Source of the DNA: Vicinamibacteria bacterium | GTDB lineage: Bacteria; Acidobacteriota; Vicinamibacteria; Vicinamibacterales; JAENWD01 | Direction: 5' to 3' | Assembly (NCBI GenBank): GCA_963697705.1 | Contig: CAVOPA010000018.1 | Coordinates: forward strand, 69,633 to 133,632 | DNA length: 64,000 nt | In this document: positions 54,695 through 63,201 of the stretch, piece by piece | Layout of the letters: the number at the start of each line of letters is the position of its first letter | Position numbering within the stretch: the first letter of the stretch is position 1 | Translations under genes and position numbers: made by a program | Notes under the pieces: generated by a model | What the model was told of the DNA's origin: nothing | Seen by the model: the letters and a program-made list of their open reading frames with translations, nothing else | Database searches by the model: none

Positions 54695-55711
54695 ATGGCG
54701 AGTGGCTCTTCCCGTCACCTCACCGCGACTGACGCTCACGCGGCCGGCGGCGTCGTGCGCCTCGTGACGGGTGGGTTCCCGGTGCCGCGCGGCCTCACCA
54801 TGGTCGACCGGGGGAAGTGGCTGGCGCGGCGGCACGAGGCGCTTTGCACTGCGCTCACGCTCGAGCCGCGCGGGCACGACGGCATCGTCCTCGCCGTGCT
54901 CTCGGGGCCCGTCACCAGCGGCGCCGATGCGGGCGTGACCTTCCGCCACGGCAGCGGCTTCGTCCCCCAGTGCGGCCACGGTCTCATCGGCGCCGCCACG
55001 ATCGCGGTCGAACGGGGCCTGATCGTGCCGCGCGAGCCCGGCCTGCTGCGATTGGATACCGCCGCCGGGCCCGTCACGCTCGCCTTCGACTCTGCCCCGG
55101 CCGAACGCGGCGGCACGCGTGTGAGCCGCGTCCGCTACGCTGGACCGCCGTCGTTCGTCGTCGCAGGCGGCGTGGCCATAAGGATCGGCGGCCGAGTCGT
55201 CCGGGCCGACATCGCCTTCGGCGCTTCGGAGTTCCTCGTGATGGCCGACAGTGAGGCTGCCGGGGTCCCGCTTGCGCGGACGCACCTTGCGGATTTGCGC
55301 CACGCAGGGATCGCGCTCCTCCGGGCGGCCGAAACGTCGGTCGCTGCTGTGCATCCCACGGACGCCTCCGCCCGCGGTCTGGCCGGCGCCGTGTTCACCG
55401 GACCGCCAGCCGGTGAGGCGCAGATCCGCTGCCAGCCGATCTACACCGACGGCACAGCGGATCGTTCGCCCTCAGGCACTGCCGTATCGGCCCTTGTCGC
55501 GGTGTTCGATGCGATGGGACTCGCCGGTAGCGAGCGCGTCGTCATCGAGTCGCTGGCCGGTACGACGATGAGCGGCCGCGTTGTGGAGCACGTGCGCGTC
55601 GGCGATGTCAATGGCGTCCGGGTGGAGGTCGAAGCCTCCGCCTGGATCATCGCCGATCACGAGTTCGTCATCGCCGCCGACGATCCCCTCGCGCGCGGCG
55701 TATCGTGGTGA
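54695..55711 (+). CDS. Proline racemase superfamily protein (racemase/epimerase/3-Hyp dehydratase family) with a Cys/Ser catalytic pair
   Basis: ..DAHAAGGVVRLV.., VPQCGHGLIGA (first catalytic Cys), TADRSPSGTAVSA (Ser where racemases have Cys and dehydratases have Thr). Confidence 0.85.
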   Translation: MASGSSRHLTATDAHAAGGVVRLVTGGFPVPRGLTMVDRGKWLARRHEALCTALTLEPRGHDGIVLAVLSGPVTSGADAGVTFRHGSGFVPQCGHGLIGAATIAVERGLIVPREPGLLRLDTAAGPVTLAFDSAPAERGGTRVSRVRYAGPPSFVVAGGVAIRIGGRVVRADIAFGASEFLVMADSEAAGVPLARTHLADLRHAGIALLRAAETSVAAVHPTDASARGLAGAVFTGPPAGEAQIRCQPIYTDGTADRSPSGTAVSALVAVFDAMGLAGSERVVIESLAGTTMSGRVVEHVRVGDVNGVRVEVEASAWIIADHEFVIAADDPLARGVSW

Positions 55712-55826
55712 GCGTCGGGATCCGCCGGCGACGCCGGGCGCCACGATGCTCGCTGTCCCGCTTCGTGTTGACACTCGGACGCCGCGGTCCTATAGTCCGC
55801 TTACCCCCGAGAATTGGCAGGGATCC

Positions 55827-56733
55827 ATGGGCCTGAGGTGCGCGCACGCAGCGATTGTGGCAGTGTCGATGCTGGCCTGGCCGGCCGCGGCCGGAGCGGG
55901 CCAGGAACCCTACTGGGAGTCGAAGCCTCTCAGCTACTGGGTCAGCGGCGCTCGCGGCCCAGGATCCAATCGGGCGCGTGCACGCCGCGTCGTCGCTGGC
56001 CGAAATGGCAATCGCGAACGGCGGCACCGCGGTCGCGCCAGCCGTCCCGGGGCTGCTCACCAATCTGGCGGATCCACTGGCCGACGTTCGTGAGTCCGCG
56101 GCGCATGCCCTCGAACAGATCGGCGCGCCGGCGGCACGCCCGGCCGTTGCCGCACTCCTCGCACTGCTCGACACGGATCTCACACCGCAGGTGCGGCGGC
56201 GAGCGGCGCTCGCGCTCGGCCGGATCGACCCCACCTCGCAAGACGTCATCACCGTCGCGGCGCGTACGCTGCGCGATGACCGCGACAGCGAGGTACGGGT
56301 GTCAGCCGCGGTGCTGTTGATGGCGAGCGGCCGGGCCGCATCACGCGTGTCGAACGTGCTGACCGCCGCGCTGACCGACGACAGCCACGCTGTGCAGCTC
56401 TACTCGGCAGCCGCGCTGGTCAAGACCTCCGGCGGAGAGTCCGCGTTCCCCCGGCTGGTGCAAGGCCTGCAGGACGACGATGCCGCCCTGCGCGCCGAGG
56501 CGGTGGGACTGCTTGCCGACGCGGGCCGGGGCCACGCCGAGGTGATGCCGGCGCTCGTGCGAGCGCTGGCCGATAGCGATCCTGAAGTGCGGGGCGCCGC
56601 CGCTGACGCGCTCGGGGCGATCGGCAAGCCGGCCCGTCCCGTACTGCCGTCGATGTGGCCGCTGTTGCGCGATCCGGACGAAGCGGTGCGCGACCGCGTG
56701 GTCCGCGCCGTCCGCGCGATCAAGCAGGGCTGA
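55827..56733 (+). CDS. Secreted HEAT-repeat protein; 1-nt frame disruption near 55944-55950
   Basis: ATG 55827 gives the signal peptide MGLRCAHAAIVAVSMLAWPAAAGAGQEPYWESKPLSYWVS. The adjacent frame continues ALAAQDPIGRVHAASSLAEM.. with 7-8 HEAT-like units (D..VR..AA.ALG.IG). Confidence 0.8.
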
Positions 56734-57406
56734 TCGTCACGCGCGGCTGCGCTCCACGCGCTCGATGGATGGCGTCGACGTACTCGCGGGCCAGCTCCGT
56801 GATCCGATGGTACGCGCCGCTCGCGATCGCGCTCTTCAGTACCAGTTCGCCTCCCACACCAACCGCCACCGCTCCCGCATCGATACACGCAGCAATCGTG
56901 TCCAGGTTTACGCCGCCCGTCGGGCAGAGATCGATCTGCGGGAACGGAGCCTTCAGTGCCTTGAGGTAGCTCGCGCCGCCCGCGTGGCTTGCCGGGAACA
57001 CCTTGACGATGTCACCGCCCAGGCTCCATGCCGAGAACACCTCGGTCGGGGTCATCGCGCCGGGAAGCACGGCGACGCCCAGCTCCCGGGCGCTGGCAAT
57101 CACGTCGGGCACAACGCACGGCGTCACGAGAAACTCAGCGCCTGCCTCCAGTGCCCCGGCCGCCATTGCACGGTCTGTCACAGTGCCCGCGCCGAGGAGC
57201 AAGTCGTCCCCGAAGCGCGACCGAACGGAGCGAATCGCCGACAAGGCATCCGGCACTGTCATCGTGATCTCGATGGTGCGGATGCCGCCCGCGACGAGGG
57301 CGTCGGCCACAAACAGCGCGATGTCCGCCGAATCGGCGCGGATAACCGGTATGAGGCCGCCGCCCTTCAGGAGGTCGAGGACGAGCGCTTTCGCACGGCG
57401 TGGCAT
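56720..57406 (-). CDS. eda: 2-dehydro-3-deoxyphosphogluconate / 4-hydroxy-2-oxoglutarate aldolase
   Basis: AGGAG before ATG 57404-57406. GIRTIEITMTVP, GAGTV, DIVKVFPAS (Schiff-base Lys), CPTGGV. Confidence 0.9.
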   Translation of the reverse strand: MPRRAKALVLDLLKGGGLIPVIRADSADIALFVADALVAGGIRTIEITMTVPDALSAIRSVRSRFGDDLLLGAGTVTDRAMAAGALEAGAEFLVTPCVVPDVIASARELGVAVLPGAMTPTEVFSAWSLGGDIVKVFPASHAGGASYLKALKAPFPQIDLCPTGGVNLDTIAACIDAGAVAVGVGGELVLKSAIASGAYHRITELAREYVDAIHRARGAQPRVTISPA

Positions 57407-57504
57407 GGGGGTGACTCCTGCAGATCGGTGCCGGTGGCGGGCCGAAACCCGGCGAGTGGAACCCGCGAGGCCCGGGGCTCCGTCTAACCACACGGAGGCT
57501 GTAC

Positions 57505-57597
57505 ATGAATCGCTTCGATTGGACGTTCTCAGGTAGTGCAGAGGTGGTAACGGCAATCCTGCTGGTGCTGGCGCTCGTTGCGGCCGTATTTGCCTGA
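57505..57597 (+). CDS. Candidate 30-aa hydrophobic peptide
   Basis: GGAGG 6 nt before ATG 57505. MNRFDWTFSGSAEVVTAILLVLALVAAVFA. Lies in a 320-nt gap of lower GC. Too short for the ORF track. Confidence 0.35.
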   Translation: MNRFDWTFSGSAEVVTAILLVLALVAAVFA

Positions 57598-57727
57598 TAT
57601 ATCCGCTGGAACAGTCAACCCGCGTCGTGGCCCACAACCGTTGATACGCGCAGGCAACGTCTTCCTGGCGTAGCCTTGCGTGGTCTTCATCCGAACGATC
57701 CCCAGCGCACCGGAGGGAATACGCGGT

Positions 57728-58624
57728 CTACTGCGACTGCGCGACCGGCGCCTGGTAGCTCTTTCGCGCTCGCACGTTCATACCCGGTTTGTTGACGGTG
57801 ACGTCGAGCTTGTGCACCCGGCCATCCGTTGCCGGCGTGAACGCCAGCGAGTACTGGCTGTGCAGCTCCTGCGCGACGCGCGTGAACGTCGGTCCGAGCT
57901 CGTCGGTCCGCTTCAACTCGAAGTAACCGCCGCCGGTCTCGTCCGACAGCTTGCGCAGCCCGCGGTCGGGACGCGTGCGAATCCGCTGCGACCCGATGAC
58001 CATGTTGCTCTCGAGCCCGATGGAGTAAATCATCACTTCCTCGGTGCGCGCGCGATCGAGCACCTTGCCCATGGAGGCCTTGCTGTACGTGTCTTCGCCG
58101 TCGGTGAACACCAGAATCGCGCGCCGGCCCTCCTTCCCCTTCAGCTGATCGAGCGAGGCGTCGATCGCATCGAACAGGCGGGTCGGGTTCCCATAGTCGA
58201 GATCCCGCAGCGAGCCGACGAGGTCGTCGCGGTTCGAGCTGAACGTGCCGGCGAACTGGATTTTATCGTTGAACGCGCCCACCAGCCCCTTGTCGGCCGG
58301 CAGCAGGCGGATGAGGAACTGCTCCGCGGCTTGTCGCAGCAGGTCGAGGCTGCCGGTCATGCTGCCGCTCGTGTCGAGCATGACAACCACGGTGATCGGC
58401 TGCACTTCGGCGTCGAAGAGGACGATCGGCGTCGTCTTCCCGTTGTCGAGCACGTCGAAATTTTCCTTGACCAGATCGGGAACCAGTCGCTTCTCGGCGT
58501 CGGTGACCGTGACGAAGACCGGCACGAGTTGCGTGCCGGCTTTGAAGGTCGGCTGCTGTGCCGCGAGCGTCAGCGTCATCGCGGCGAGCACGACCGGCGT
58601 GATCAGATAACGAGCCCAAGTCAT
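57728..58624 (-). CDS. Secreted VWA-domain protein (third 'acidobacterial VWFA' paralogue)
   Basis: Signal anchor MTWARYLITPVVLAAMTLTLAAQ. FKAGTQLVPVFVTVTD..NFDVLDNG..MLDTSGSM..LVFTDGEDTYS. Confidence 0.85.
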   Translation of the reverse strand: MTWARYLITPVVLAAMTLTLAAQQPTFKAGTQLVPVFVTVTDAEKRLVPDLVKENFDVLDNGKTTPIVLFDAEVQPITVVVMLDTSGSMTGSLDLLRQAAEQFLIRLLPADKGLVGAFNDKIQFAGTFSSNRDDLVGSLRDLDYGNPTRLFDAIDASLDQLKGKEGRRAILVFTDGEDTYSKASMGKVLDRARTEEVMIYSIGLESNMVIGSQRIRTRPDRGLRKLSDETGGGYFELKRTDELGPTFTRVAQELHSQYSLAFTPATDGRVHKLDVTVNKPGMNVRARKSYQAPVAQSQ

Positions 58625-58751
58625 CCGTCGAGAGTAGCATGAGCGATTGTCGGGCGGGCCCGAGACCGGGCAAGCGGGGTCGGGGGATGGGCTCGCCCGA
58701 GCTGTAGCACTCGACCACCGCCCTGTCAGGCGCGCGGCTGACGCGGGGCTG

Positions 58752-59658
58752 TTACCGTTTCCCGTCCAATCCCTCGATAGTCGCCGACGACGGCGGCCGC
58801 TCCTTCTGGAGCACGGCTGAGACCCGCTCGGTCTCACGCATCACGCGCAGCATGTTCTGGCCGAGCACCTTCCTCAGATCGTCCTCGGAGTAGCCGCGAC
58901 CGAGGAGCTCCGCCGTCAGCGCTGGATACTTCGACACGTCCTCGAGACCCACCGGCGTGGACTGGATGCCATCGAAATCGCTGCCGATGCCAATATGATC
59001 GATTCCGGCGACCTGCCGGATGTGATCGATGTGATCCGCCACCATCGAGATCGTCGCCACCGGATCGGGGTGAACCTTGAACCACTCCTGCATACCGGCC
59101 TCTACCGCGGTGGCGTCATTCGGGTGCGCGCTGCGAAGGCGTTGCCGCTGTTCGACCTGCAGCGGGTACCGGCGACCTCCCTCGGGGGAAAGGAAGCCCG
59201 GCACGAAGGTCACCATCACGACGCCTCCATTCGCCTTCACTCGCACCAGCACATCGTCCGGCACATTGCGCGGGTGATCGCAGAGGGCGCGCGCCGACGA
59301 GTGCGAGAAGATCACCGGCGCTCGTGAGACGCGCAAGGCGTCGGTCATGGTGTCGGGCGAGACGTGGCTCAGATCGACGAGCATGCCGAGGCGGTTCATC
59401 TCGAGCACGACTTCCTCGCCGAACTTCGACAGCCCGCCCAGCCGGGGCGTGTCGGTCGCCGCGCCGGATTCGGTCGAGCGTCGGCACGTCTTCGCGGACC
59501 GCCCACGGGTAGTCGTTGTGGCCGTCGATGAGCGGCGAGGCGCGGTTGATGGCTCGCGCTCGCTCGAACAGGTCATCGGCGGGCGCCTGGCCTGCGGGGG
59601 CGCCGGCGGCAAGGGCCGCCATGGTTACGGCCGACACCGCAAGAACGAACGGGCGCAT
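58752..59658 (-). pseudogene. Membrane dipeptidase (peptidase M19) with an internal deletion of about 125 aa plus a frame shift
   Basis: ATG 59656-59658 gives signal peptide + [21 protein letters not shown], then the frame changes (about 59465-59480) to ..[53 protein letters not shown]. The stretch normally between HTDxPRLRxGG and GGLxxFG (including the EGGH metal ligand) is absent. Confidence 0.75.
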
Positions 59659-59668
59659 CTGCTCTCCA

Positions 59669-59701
59669 CTGATCTGAAAGTGCTCTCGACTGATCTGAAA
59701 G
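59669..59701. repeat. Two copies of CTGATCTGAAAG spaced 21 nt apart, in the 5' region of the dipeptidase gene
   Basis: 59669-59680 and 59690-59701. On the minus strand this reads CTTTCAGATCAG-n9-CTTTCAGATCAG-TGGAGAGCAG-ATG. Confidence 0.6.
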
Positions 59702-60069
59702 CGCGCGGCCCACGAGACGGTGTTCGCGGAGCGCGCCGCCTCGGTCCGCGCGTGCATGCGACCAGCGATTCTAGTGTCACGAGTCAGAGATTGGTGGCAA
59801 ATCTTCCGGAGCGCCACGCGCCGCCAGCACGGCGCGAAGAGCCGCGCATCGGGCCACATGCAAGCAATGAGCAACCCGCCGGAGGGATGCCCCGGGATAT
59901 GTCGCCGAATCGCCGATTCGGAGGCACGCGCAGCCCGCGGCAGGGAGTAATTCGTCGCGACGGTGTCTCAGCCGCGAGGGCCAACATCGCAGGCGGACCG
60001 CCAGGGCGAGCGCCGTATTACAATCGGACGATTCCGCGCGCCGCGCGGCCTACCCTCGCCGGAGCCGTC

Positions 60070-60492
60070 ATGAGCAAACCATCCGCCTCGATCGGCCTCA
60101 CGTGGACCGAGGGTCTCGCGTTTGACGTCAGGACGGCCGACGGCCGCTCGATCGTCACCGATGGTGCCAGCAAGGCGGGTCTCTCGCCCGTCGAACTGCT
60201 GGCGGCCGCGACGGCGGCGTGCATGGGTGTGGACCTGGTGCACATTCTGACCAAGGCACGACAGCCGATTGAAGGACTCCAGGTCATCTTCACCGGCGAG
60301 CGCGCACCGTCGGAGCCACGCCGCTTCACCGCCGTGCGGCTCGAGTTCGCCATCGACGGCGCGGTCGGCGAGGCGCAGGTCGATCGGGCGCTGCAGCTCT
60401 CTCGCGACAAGTACTGCTCGGTGTGGAATTCGCTGCGTGAGGACATCACGCTCGACATAGTCACGAGCATTCACGCCGGCAGCGCCCGCTGA
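60070..60492 (+). CDS. OsmC/Ohr-family peroxiredoxin-like protein
   Basis: GGAG before ATG 60070. SPVELLAAATAACMGVD and RDKYCSVWNSL (the two conserved Cys). 140 aa. Confidence 0.88.
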   Translation: MSKPSASIGLTWTEGLAFDVRTADGRSIVTDGASKAGLSPVELLAAATAACMGVDLVHILTKARQPIEGLQVIFTGERAPSEPRRFTAVRLEFAIDGAVGEAQVDRALQLSRDKYCSVWNSLREDITLDIVTSIHAGSAR

Positions 60493-60544
60493 CCAAATCT
60501 GTGAGTCCTGCTCACGCGAGCTGCACGCGGCGCACCCGGACGAC

Positions 60545-61648
60545 GTGACAGCGAGTCCTCGGAGCGGCGGCGAACGTCCAGCATCGCCCGGACGTCGCAC
60601 CTACCTCGACTGGCTGCGCGGCGTCGCGGTCGTCATCATGATCCAGGCGCACACGTTCGATTCATGGACGCTGCCGGCCGATCGATCGGGTCGCCTGTAT
60701 GGCTGGAGCGTGCTCGTCGGCGGTATGGGTGCGCCGCTCTTCCTCTTTCTGGCCGGCGTCTCGGCGTCGCTCGCGGCGAGCGCACGGGCGGCGACGCTGG
60801 GCAGCGATGTGGCGGCCGCAGCAACTGTCCGGCGCCGCGGCTGGCAGATCTTCCTGTACGCGTTCCTCTTCCGGCTCCAGTCGTTCGTGTTGAGCCCCGG
60901 CTCCGCACCGTCGGCCCTGTTGAAGGTCGACATCCTGAACGTGATGGGCCTGTCGATCGTAGCGGCGGCCGCGCTGTGGCAGGCGGGACGAACCATCCGC
61001 GGACGCGTGCTGGTGCTCGCCGCCGCGACGCTCGCCTTGGCGATGGTCACCCCGATCGTTCGCGCCGCGTCAGTCCTGGACGTCGTGCCCGATCCGATTG
61101 CGTGGTATCTCAGGCCCGTCCCGGGACACACCAACTTCACGCTGTTGCCGTGGAGCGGCTTTGTGACCGCCGGCGCCCTGGTGGGAGTGGTTCTGCAGCG
61201 CGCTTGCGACCCTCGGCGCGAACGGTGGACCGTTGTCGCGGTGGCCGCCGGAGGCGTGCTCATCGCAGCGGGCGGCTACGCGGCGTCCCTGCTTCCTCCG
61301 TTGTACGCGCAGACGAGTTTTTGGACGAGCTCGCCGACGTTCTTCTTCCTGCGCCTGGGCCTCCTGCTCATCGGCGTCGGCGTCGCGTGGACGTGGCTGC
61401 AGAGGCCGGCCATCGCCGGGCGACAGAGCCCGCTGGTGCTGCTGGGCGTCGAGTCGCTGTTCGTCTACTGGATCCACGTGGAGATGGTTTACGGCCTGCT
61501 GACCAGTCCACTCCACCGTCGGCTGGCGTTACCCTGGGTCGCTGCAGCCTTCGCCGCCTTTACCCTGCTCATGCTTGGTGTCGTGGTGATCAAGCGCGGG
61601 GCAGGGGAGCGGTGGCGGGGTCGGCCGACCCAGTCCGCGAAAACATGA
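60545..61648 (+). CDS. DUF1624 / heparan-alpha-glucosaminide N-acetyltransferase-like membrane acyltransferase
   Basis: RRTYLDWLRGVAVVIMIQAHTFDSW and about 9 further TM spans. GTG start. Confidence 0.8.
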   Translation: MTASPRSGGERPASPGRRTYLDWLRGVAVVIMIQAHTFDSWTLPADRSGRLYGWSVLVGGMGAPLFLFLAGVSASLAASARAATLGSDVAAAATVRRRGWQIFLYAFLFRLQSFVLSPGSAPSALLKVDILNVMGLSIVAAAALWQAGRTIRGRVLVLAAATLALAMVTPIVRAASVLDVVPDPIAWYLRPVPGHTNFTLLPWSGFVTAGALVGVVLQRACDPRRERWTVVAVAAGGVLIAAGGYAASLLPPLYAQTSFWTSSPTFFFLRLGLLLIGVGVAWTWLQRPAIAGRQSPLVLLGVESLFVYWIHVEMVYGLLTSPLHRRLALPWVAAAFAAFTLLMLGVVVIKRGAGERWRGRPTQSAKT

Positions 61649-61791
61649 GCAACACATTTTTGATAACTGCTGCTGCGCCAATCGTTTAGGCGCACCAGAC
61701 GCAATGTCGGCCTGCCGAACCCGCAAAAACATTTGAGATCCATCGAAGTCGGCCGGTAGAATCGCCGCGGTTCGCGCCGTTTCGGCGCGCG

Positions 61792-62946
61792 ATGGCTGGC
61801 TCAAAACTCATGATTAATGTCGCCGCGATCCGGATGCACCAGTTTGGGGTGCAGTTCTACCAGGCAGCCCTGACGGCCAACGACATCGACAAGCTCGTGC
61901 GCTTCGAAGTCTTGCGCTACGGCGATCAGGGGCACCAGCCGGTGCGCGGGGGCCGGCGCGGGGCCGCGGCGCCCAAGATCAACTGGGACCTCCTCGAGCG
62001 GCGGATCGGCTCGAATGAGAAGGCGTACCAGCGGCAGATCATCCGCCGGAAAATCGAGGAGCTCGTCGAGTATTACGAGCAGTGCCGGCAGGCCCGCGAT
62101 CTGCCCTCAATCCCGGGCGCCGTCATCATCTCGTGTGACGAGCGCCTGCGCTTCGAGCCCGTGGCCGCAGACGTTCCCATGGGGACGCTCAAAGTGCCCG
62201 AGCGCGAGGGGATCCTGCGTGCCATCGACGGGCAGCACCGGCTGCTGGCGCTGCACGCGGCCCTCGACAGCTTCGGTGACGATCCTTTCACGGTCCCCGC
62301 CATCATCTTCGACCAGCTGCCCGAAGATCACGTCGTCCAGATGTTCGTCACCATCAACGCGAAGCACACGCGGCTCAATGCGTCCCACCTCGTGTCGCTC
62401 TCGGGCCGACAGCTGTATCGTGACGAGAACCTGGCCGCCGCCCACGATATCGTGCGTGCGCTCAACGAACGCGACGATTCGCCGCTCTTCAAGAGCATCA
62501 AGCTGCTCGGCGTCGGCAAGGGGAAAGTGGCGCAGGCGCCGCTCGCGCAGGAACTGAAGAAGCTGTTCGCCGCTGAAGCATTCGGAGCGGGCCGGAAGGG
62601 AAGCGACTTTCTCGAGGAATCAAAGCGCTTCTACGTGAATTACTTCAAGCAGGTGGCGGTCGTGTTCAATGCCGCCTGGAACGGCCGCAAGTACAGCATC
62701 CGCTCGGCGCCCGCGTTGCGCGCGTTCGTTCGCGTCGCGCCCGACGTCGTGCGGCGTCTGGATCAGGAGCATGCCGATCGCACCGACTTCCGCGCCATCG
62801 GGCGGGTGATTGCGCCTTGGGGCCGCCGCATCGGCGATCTCCGCTTCGAAACCGACGGCGCATGGAAGGGCAGCGGAGCCTCGGTCGAGGGGCTCGCCCG
62901 CGAGTTGCGCCTGGCGCTCCAGTACCCCGAGGGCGCGGCCGTGTAA
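61792..62946 (+). CDS. DGQHR-domain protein (DndB-like, ParB/Srx-fold)
   Basis: GILRAIDGQHRLLAL and QMFVTINAKHTRLNASH signature blocks. 384 aa. TAGAAT box about 35 nt upstream. No dndCDE/ssp genes nearby. Confidence 0.85.
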   Translation: MAGSKLMINVAAIRMHQFGVQFYQAALTANDIDKLVRFEVLRYGDQGHQPVRGGRRGAAAPKINWDLLERRIGSNEKAYQRQIIRRKIEELVEYYEQCRQARDLPSIPGAVIISCDERLRFEPVAADVPMGTLKVPEREGILRAIDGQHRLLALHAALDSFGDDPFTVPAIIFDQLPEDHVVQMFVTINAKHTRLNASHLVSLSGRQLYRDENLAAAHDIVRALNERDDSPLFKSIKLLGVGKGKVAQAPLAQELKKLFAAEAFGAGRKGSDFLEESKRFYVNYFKQVAVVFNAAWNGRKYSIRSAPALRAFVRVAPDVVRRLDQEHADRTDFRAIGRVIAPWGRRIGDLRFETDGAWKGSGASVEGLARELRLALQYPEGAAV

Positions 62947-63152
62947 CTTCGGCCGGGTGTGTAAGTTTGGCGTATGATTTTCAACAGTGCTGCGATCCCG
63001 CGACCAACCCGTGATCAGTTGGCTCGGAAAAGAGCCCGACGTTCAAGGCCAAGGCGCGGCACGCCCCTTGCTCGTCGTCAGGACGTCGCTGGTCCGAAGA
63101 TTACGGCAAGGGCGCCGTGATTGTGCTGGGGAGCCGGGCCGGGCGATAGGTG

Positions 63153-63190
63153 AAAGGGCATCGCGTTACGCGGTGCCCTTTCCTTTTTTT
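63153..63190 (+). terminator. Strong intrinsic terminator 11 nt upstream of the pxpA start codon
   Basis: AAAGGGCATCGCG-tta-CGCGGTGCCCTTT (13 bp, one G-U) followed by CC-TTTTTTT. It is U-rich only on the plus strand. Confidence 0.8.
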
Positions 63191-63201
63191 GGCGCGTCTC
63201 G

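Noticed and set aside
62974-63120. 48-aa ORF (MIFNSAAIPRPTRDQLARKRARRSRPRRG..) in the pxpA leader; also track ORF 62987-63217
   Set aside because: It is basic and low-complexity, with no SD and mixed third-position GC. It is more likely part of a non-coding leader, though a leader-peptide role cannot be excluded.
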